Source of the DNA: an uncultured Lachnospiraceae bacterium
Lineage (GTDB): Bacteria; Bacillota; Clostridia; Christensenellales; UBA1242
Direction: 5' to 3'
DNA: 64,000 nucleotides
Assembly: GCA_964600435.1 (NCBI GenBank)
Contig: CAZRJB010000007.1
Location: 278-64,277 of the forward strand
The notes under the pieces are model-generated. The model was given only the letters and a program-made list of their open reading frames with translations. It had not been told where the DNA came from and made no database searches. Positions 21,401 through 30,400 of this stretch are shown here, in pieces; the stretch's first letter is position 1, and each line of letters begins with the position of its first letter. Position numbers and translations under genes: made by a program.

Positions 21401-24400
21401 ACCAAAATCTGAAAGTGTAACACGAGCAGAAGATTCAAATTCTTCTAGAGTTCCTGAAAATTTATATGTGCCTGTGGCAGATTCGTTTGTTGCAACTTTC
21501 CCTTTTATTGTATGACCGGCAACAAGTCCTGTTTCAACATCTGAACTTAAAACGTCACTTGAACTTAAAGTGTGTTCAAAATTTTCATTATTATTCAATT
21601 TGCCAACATATGTGCTTTTTTCAACTTTTATGGTAATGCTTCTTGTGGCTATTATAAGATTTGTGCCCAAAGATTCTCCGCCAGCATAGGTATAGTTGTT
21701 TGCATAATCACTTGCAATTTCTGGATAAATGCTGTAAGTTCCAGCCTCGCTTACTTCGGAGCTTTTGGCACTGCCATATTTAGCAATTATAATGCTATTA
21801 GCACCAGCCCCTTCAGCAATTGCACCTTTCCCGTCAGAAATTGTTGCAGTTAAAGTTGCTTTGTGAGCAGCGGCATCATATGTGTAAGAGTTGCCAGAAA
21901 CACTTTCCACAACCACTTCTGCTTTGTTGACTGTAACATTGCCAGCAAAAGTTATTGTGTAATTGTTTAATGATGAATCACCACTTACGGTTAAAGAAGA
22001 TGTTTCAACATCTGTTGAGTTAGCTAAGGCATATTCGTCGGCATTAACAATGTCGTTATAAGTAATTGTTCCGCCAAAACTTTCGCCAGGAACCGAATTA
22101 GATATGTCAAACCTTGAAACATCCAATGTTAAAGCCTTGCCTGTGTAATAATAAGGTGTTGGTTCTGTAGAATCATTGTATTTATATGTAAATGTTACCC
22201 CTCGAGCGGTTATTTTGCCATTGTTGCTTATTAAAATCATGTTGTCAGCATCATCAACCGCGTTGGTTGTGTAAGAGTTAAAAATGTAACTTGAGAATGG
22301 GTCTGTTGTTGTTTTTTCGGTAAAAGTAAATGTTATTGTTTTGTTTTCACCAACATTTTTATCGTTATATTTTGCTGAAACATTAAAACAATTTGAGTCG
22401 TTTTCAATGAAATCTTCTGAAGATATGCTTACAGAAACTGTATCTGTGCCATTGTACACTTTTTCGGCTGTGTAAGATAAGTTGTCAATTCCAATTGTTT
22501 TTGGCAAAATTTCTTTTGTTATATCTTTTGTAGTAAATGAGTCACATCTTAAACTAATTGTGTATTCCCCTGCATATTTAAACCCAATTGATTCATTGTT
22601 GTTTAGGGTGACAAATGCAGAAACATTAGAAATGTGTGTATTACCTGAGTTGATTTCGCTTGTAAAACTTTCATCGGAATATTGTTTAACAGTGACACCA
22701 GATTCCACCTTAAAGAAACCTATGGTTGAACCATTTATTGTAACTTTCAATTTAATTTCTTGCTGTTCGCCATTATATGTTAAACTGTCGTCACCAACAT
22801 ATTCAAGTGTTGCTTCAGTTGTCGTAACAATCTCAATTGCTCCTGAAAGGGTAACATTGTAGTTTCCGCTAACATCTTCTCCTGATTCATAGATTCTTAT
22901 TTTTTCTGCGTTAGTGTCACCAGAAATTGTGCTTCCGTTTTTATCCAACACTAAAACTTGTTCAGGATTACCCAAATTATATACGCCATGCAAAGAATTA
23001 CTTGTTTTTATAATATTGTTAATTGTGTGGTTGTTGATTAACCCACCAAGATCAAGGTCTTCCGTTTTAATCACATAGTTTAAGCCATTATACACATGTT
23101 CAATCTTATTGTTTTTAACCGAAATTGTAACATTTTTTGGTGTGATTTCAAACTCAATATCACATGTTTGTGTTCCATCTTCAAAAGTGTAACAATTAGA
23201 ATCATTAATTGTAAAAGTAGCAGTGTATAAGCCAGCATTTTTATAGACACTTGTTTGACTATCTGCTTTGTTGCTACCTTGACCGCAATACACTACATAT
23301 GATACATAATTATTCATTGTATTGGTAGCAACCGTCTCAAAACCGTTATTTTTTTGAAGTTGTGCCGAAATGTTTAAAGCTGCATTTTCTGCTGTGTATT
23401 CATAAGTTTCACCTAAAGTGATTTTAATAATAGCTTTGTTTATGTTAAGTTTTCCTAAAATGCCTTTAACTGAATAGTTTGTTGAAACACTTTTTCCATC
23501 ACTCATTATTAATGTGTCGCATGAATATGAATCTGATGAAATGCCACTTAAATCTATTTCTTGATCACTAATGCCACTATAATTAACAACAATAGAGCCA
23601 CTTCCAAAACTTTCTACAATTGTAGATTCTGTACTGGTAGAAGCATATTTTGTTAAGCTTCCATATTCAATTTCATATTTCCCATCAGAGTCATAAACTT
23701 TTTCAATTGTTCCAGCATTCAAATAAATTTCCGCTTGTTCTATTTTTCCAGTAAATGTGCTACCAGCAGCAATTTCAATGTTTTTATAACTGTTATTGTT
23801 TCTTTTAAAACTAATTGTTTTGTCTGTGCCAACATTTTTATCCGAGAATTCAAATGTGTAGTTGTTTAAAATCTCGCCAACAAGAGCACTATCAACTGTT
23901 GCACCAGCAGAAGTTGTAAAGCTTACGTTGTTTTCAGAAAAATTTACATTTTTGGTTGCATCATATTTTCTTGAATAGGTAACACTACCGTTTTTCCCTG
24001 TAACATATAAGGTTGTAATATTAAGATAAAAAGGGGCAGAAGTGTAATCGTTATAGTCATCAGATTTTAATGTAAGGGTAAACTCATATTCTCCAACATC
24101 TTTTTTGCCAGTTGAAATATCAGCCAAAAATTTGCCTGCGTCTGTATTATAAGGAATGCTTTCGGCAGAAACCGCTGTGCCATCTTTACCTAACAATGTA
24201 TAAGAAAATGGTTTTTTGCTTGTTAAGTTAGTTATTTCAACATGAATTGTTTGACTGTTACCATTGTAAGTAACAACGGTTTTGTCATTAATTTTAACAT
24301 TCTTATTAGTTAAATTTGCTTTTGTTATTTCAAATTTTCCAACAATTGTAAACTCAAAGTTGGTGTTTTGAATGTTTATGTTGTTGTTGATTTTATCAAC

Positions 24401-27400
24401 AATTGTTACAGAAGGAACCAACTCAAGTCCCTCGTTTACGCTAGGATAAACACCAACATATGGTTTGTTTGTTTTAACTTGTATTGAACTAAATTTAAAG
24501 TTTACATTTGTGTCGTCAAAATTGGTTAAACCAGTTGGGTCAACAGACAAATCGTAAACACCGTTTTGTTCAATTGTAATAGCCCAAACACCGCCGGTAT
24601 AGCCTTCGGTTTTGTCTTCGCCAACATCTAATTTAATTTGCCTTTTTGTTATTTCGGCAACAAGGTTGTTTTTAAAGCTAATGTTGTAGTTGTTAAATAC
24701 TGTGTCATTTAAACTTTCAAAATTTAGTTTTTTGCCAGTTGTTGCATTATAGCCATAAGTTCCAACATTAATGCTGTCGTCTTCTCCGTCTTTAAATTTA
24801 AATGTTATTGTTTTGTTGCTTAATTCATTGTTTATGTCGTCTGCAAAGTCTGTGTCTGAAATTGTATAAATATAGGTTGCAAAACCATCAAAAACTTTGG
24901 AAATTTCTGTTAAATTAAATTCCACATCTTTTTTGTTAATTGTAACAGTTTTTGAACCTGACATTGTTGACGAATCATTATAATATGTAACTATTTTGTC
25001 ATCAACCTTTGCATAAACTTTTGTTAAAACTGCCTTGTAGGTGCCTGAGTCGGCAACGTTTTTAACTTTTAAGATATTGTTTTCAAAACCATCAACGTTT
25101 ACCCAGCTTTCACCATTTTGTTTTTGCAAAGAAAATTCATATGTTAATTTATCGTTATTTCCGCTAACCGTTAAACCAATCTCAGATTCTTCACCGTCAT
25201 ACGTTTTTGATATGTCGCCAGTTAGGGTTAAAGTTGGTGATGTAAATATCCACACGGCATAAAGAGTAACGTTTGTTTCTTTAATTTGCCAAGTTGAAGA
25301 AGTTACTTTAGAAACATTATTTTTGCTTGATGACCAACCATCAAATGTAAAGCCTGTCCTTGTTAAACCTGATGGCAAAGTATATCCTGTGCCATAAGCA
25401 ATTTGTTTGTCTGTTACCGAAGCGCCTTCAATTGTTTCATTTTCAGCCAACAATAAGTTAAAAGTAATGTTTGAAGTTTGGGTTAAAATAATTTCAACAT
25501 TGGTCCATTCTTCCGCTGTTCCCAAAATTGTAAGAGTAAAATTATTATTTGTATCTGCTTTTGGTATATCGCTTAATTCTTTACCACCAACAGTTATTTT
25601 TTTAATCCAATAATTCGTATAACTGGTTCCAAAATTAAACTTAAATGTGTCTAATGTGTTTTCGTCTGATTCGATTATTATTTCATATTTCCCTTCACTC
25701 TCTTTTGGTGAAGCGGAATCAAAAACCAAGGCAATTGGAGTTTCTTTGTCTGTGTCTGTGTCTAAATATGCAACAAAAACATAACCTTTTTCACCTGCTG
25801 TCAATGTTGCAACTCTAAACTCAGTGCTATCAATTATAACTTCAACATTATTATTTTCTGAACACTCAAAGTTGCTAACAACCACCGAACCATTATACTT
25901 AATTGTAAACTTAATTGTTAAATTGCCTTTTATTGCATTCCAAACATTTGAATCGTTATAATCATATTCAAACGTCAAATTATGATCGTTGCCACTAACA
26001 TTCCACCACGATGAGGTACCCGTTTTCCATTCAATGTTTGCAAGGTTAATGTTGGTTAAAGCAGATTTTACACTTCCGATAACTTTAACCGTTACTTTTA
26101 AAGTCTCAATTTTCCCTTTTGTTGGCAAGCCTTCAATATTGTAACTGTCCTTAATGTCATTATCATCAAACGTGTAGTTTATGTTTTGTTCTCCAACATT
26201 TTTATCTGCATATGATGCACTAATTGAATCCCCAGGTGCCACCCCAGAAATTGTAAACTTAACACTTGTTGTTCCGTCATAAACCTTGTCTGCTGAGCCG
26301 TTTCTTGTTAACTCTGCTTTGGTTATGGTTACCGTAACATCAATTGATAAAGCCCCAATGGCATCTGGATTTGTGATATATGCGCTAGAAACTGCTCCTG
26401 TTTCGGTTGTTAAAGAAGAATTTAACGTAACTTTATAAGTTCCGCCATGCGCAACATATTTAAAGCCCGAAAGAGTTAGTGTGCCGTTTTTTATTGAGTT
26501 GCCTATAAAATCTGAATCACCACCACCATTTTTGCTTACACTGCCAAATGCAAAACCAACCCCAGGCCAATTAGGAAGATATATTGTAACATTGTTCCCT
26601 GTTCCGTTATATACAAATTCGTTGTCAGAAATTGTAACATTGTTAGCCGTACCAACAAATTTCCAATATGCATAAAGTGTAACCTCATCAGAGTTTGAAG
26701 AATAATAAATTTTCCAGTCTGTGTTGTTGGTTATGTCGTCGAAACTGGTACTGCTTTCCCAAGTTGAGTCGGCTTTTTTTATCATTACATTTTTTTCATC
26801 GTATCCCCACCCCAAAAACTCAAAACCATCACGTGTTGGAGTTGGAATGGTGCCTGTTATTGTTTTATTGATTGAGTCATATTCTATGCTTGTTTCAGAG
26901 CAATATGTTTCATCAAATGTTATTGTTTTTGTAACTTTTTCCAAACGTACATAAACTGTGTAATCTGTTTTTCCTTCAGAAAAATTGTTGAACAAAACAT
27001 CGTCGTCGGTTTCGGTTAATGCTTGCCAGCGTTCCCAATCAATGTTTTCATAAGAATATGCTGAAATTTTGTAAATTCCACTTTCGTAATCTTCAACCGC
27101 ATTTTGCAATTGTTTTCCAAAAGGAATTGGAGTGCCATATGCTTCTAAAATTGTAAGGTTTAAGGTGTGGGTCGTTGACCATTCTCTATCCGCACCCAAA
27201 GACGTCACAACAAAAGCTAGTTTTACAGGCTTGCCTTTGTATTCAACGGTTAAGTTTATTGTTTGCTCAGTGTGTTTTTCGGTTATAACATCTTTAACAT
27301 TTGTTTCTTTACCATAAGCTTCATCTTCGTCTGTACTTAAGTGGAATCCAGAAATTTCATATCCTGTTTTTTGCAAATCATCTCCCAACAATTTTAAAAG

Positions 27401-30400
27401 AGTGTCTTCAAAACTATCCTCTGCTGCTGATGATGTTTGTTTTGTTGAAGTTGTTGCTACATCTCCATTGTAACCTGAAAACTCAAACTTGTACAAAATT
27501 GGTTCATAAACCATTCTGATTTTGATTGAAGTTATAAATATACCATAATTCAAATAATTTGATATGTCGGTGTCATTAATTTTAAATTTATATCCATCAA
27601 TTAAATTTTCATTAATATCATCTTTTGTTATTGTAATAGGTTCCTTACCATCCTTTACAATTTCATAACGTAAAAAATTAAAGTACTCCACTTGTGTGTT
27701 AGAAGGTTTTTTAAGAGTGCCATTAAATGTTTCTGCAAGGGTTGTTATTTTTCCTTCAAGATTTTTGTTGTTATTTTTCCACACACCAGAATCGTCGTAA
27801 TACCCCAAGTCCCAATTAACATTATATTCTTTAGGAGAATATGTTACAGTGATTGAGGCGTTAGTGTCCAAATTACAGCCATACACACTAGAGCCCCCTT
27901 TCATTCCAGACACGTAGCCCGTTCCATAATGGCTGTTAGGCTTTATTGTGTATGTTGTTGAAACGTTATTATTTGTTATTGTTAAAGTATATTTGTCGTC
28001 ACCTTCAGCTTTAAGGTAAAACGAAGTGTTGTAATAATAACTGATTGTTTTCGGATCTCCACTGTTATCTATTGTTCCATTTACAACTTCAAGTGTAACC
28101 GTTTTTTCCACTTTTGTAAGTGTAACAGTGACATCAACATCTCCATAATATGCACCCAACTTTCTAGGGTCAATGGTTATTGTGCCACTGCCGTTGTCTA
28201 ATGCTATTTGTGACACATCAAGAGTTTTGTTGTCTATGCCCCCATCTTTATTTTCATCAGTATAACTAACAGAGCAATTAATAGATTCAACTGAAAACCA
28301 TCCTGAATTATATGTAATATCAAACGATGTTCCTTGAGAAACTTTTTTGCTATTTGTTTCTTCACCATTAATAGTTATTTTGCTTGCATCTTTATATTTA
28401 GTATTATTAAAGTCTGAATTTCCATCAGAATCCTTAACATTAACCACAAAAGTGTTTTCAGTTTTTTTCAATGTGATTGTAATTATAACATCTTCATTGT
28501 TTTTGTTAAAATTCGTTATTTTAAAATTTAAACTAGTGTAATCAAGTATACCGTCTTTATATACACTTTGTTCAATACCATCTTTGCTTATTGAAACACT
28601 ATTCCTGGTTTTATCAAATGTCATCCCCACTCTTGATGTGCTTTTCCATTTTAACGTAAAAGTATTATTTGTATTGCCAACCAAGTCAAATTTGTAGGCT
28701 GATTCTAAATTATTGTAATCTGTAAAATCTTTTCCTTGATATAAAGAGGCTTCCACCTCACGATCTTTCCAGATAGTTAATGATACCTTTTCGTCTTTTT
28801 GGTCTTTTTTATAACTATAAAAAGCTTGTAAATCCTCAAAATAATCGTTTAAAAGAGAAAGATTCATTTCTGCACCGGTTGAACTTATTCCTTTAAACAT
28901 AAATTTAATGCTTCCAATTTTTTTATCACATTTTTCTAATTTATAAGTTGCACCATTTTGCAAAATGGATAAAACCGCAGCTGCATAATATTGGGAACCA
29001 TTGCTAGCCTGTGTTGGCACTTCAATTGCTCCGTCGCCCTGAATAACTTTTTTAGAACTAGGATCAGAATATTCAAAATCACGAGCTAGTTTTATAGGGT
29101 TATTGTTTGCTTCATCTTTTTCTCCAGAAAGTTTTAAATAATATGATAGAGGTTCGGAATTTATTTCACTATTTCCATCAACAAAATATAACTTTTCGGT
29201 GTAGAAAAGAGTAAACCTGGTCTGATTCTCCGATAAAGTTTCTATTCTATCGGAGTCAAGTTCTTTAGCATAAACATAACTATTTTGCTCAAAAGATTCT
29301 TTAAAATATGTATATGTTTTGATACCCTCTAGACTTCCATTTATTGTTATCTCTACAGATTTAACACACCAATTTGCATAAATTATGCTGAAGCTTCTTT
29401 GATAAGTTTGATTTTTGTAAGAAGAATTCATACCTCGACTTAACATTGCCGCTGTCCAATTGATAGTATAATAAACTTCAAGCATTTTAAAAATGTTTAT
29501 AAAATCATCACAACTAAAGTTATTATTAATTATTCCACAATCTTTACTGTATATTATTTTATTTGTTAACGAATTGGTTTTATCGACAATTTCAAATATT
29601 CTATAAGCAGTCATTGTTGAGGAATTTCCGCCAAGACAAAAACAGTTTTCATTTGTATTATATGTTATTTTGTTGTAAACTTCAACTTCTTCAATGTTAA
29701 AGATATATATATCTATATTTGAATCATTTCCGATTTTGGTACTATCAGTTATCTTTTCGCCAGATTGAAAGTAATAATTATAGTCTCCTAGCTTATTTTT
29801 TAGTACCGGGTTTAATTCGTCATTATATCTAAAACTATTTGTTAGCGAAATGCCCTCTTTAGTAAAATCAAAAAAATCCAATTGGCCTTTTGATACCGCC
29901 TCGCTTAAACCATGGCTATAATAAATATTTGAATCCTTAACAGAATAAAGATTATCACTCTCATTCTTAATACCTCTAATTGTGTAAAATGTAAACTCTG
30001 GTTCAACAATTTTATAAGCAAACTCAACAACAATTTTTATATAACTTTGATGAGTGCTCTTAAGATCAAGATTAAAATAAGTTTTGTTACTATTCACGGT
30101 TGTCGCATTTTTTGCTATAGAATATTCTCTATTATCACAAAACCTAAATGAAGATAATCGTAAACCTGCATATGCAGTTTTTTGATAACCCAAATCAATA
30201 GGAATTGTTGCAACTGGATTATTATTATCACCACTAGTGCAAAAATTCTTTTTTTCCCAGTCTAATTCATAAATTAAAATATTGGTTATTGTATAATTTT
30301 GTGAATATTTGTCTGAAAAATTAATCATCGAAGTTGACCCTTGCCTCAGTTGTGAATAAAAACTACCAAAAGCATCTTCAGGTTCATATCCATAGTAAAC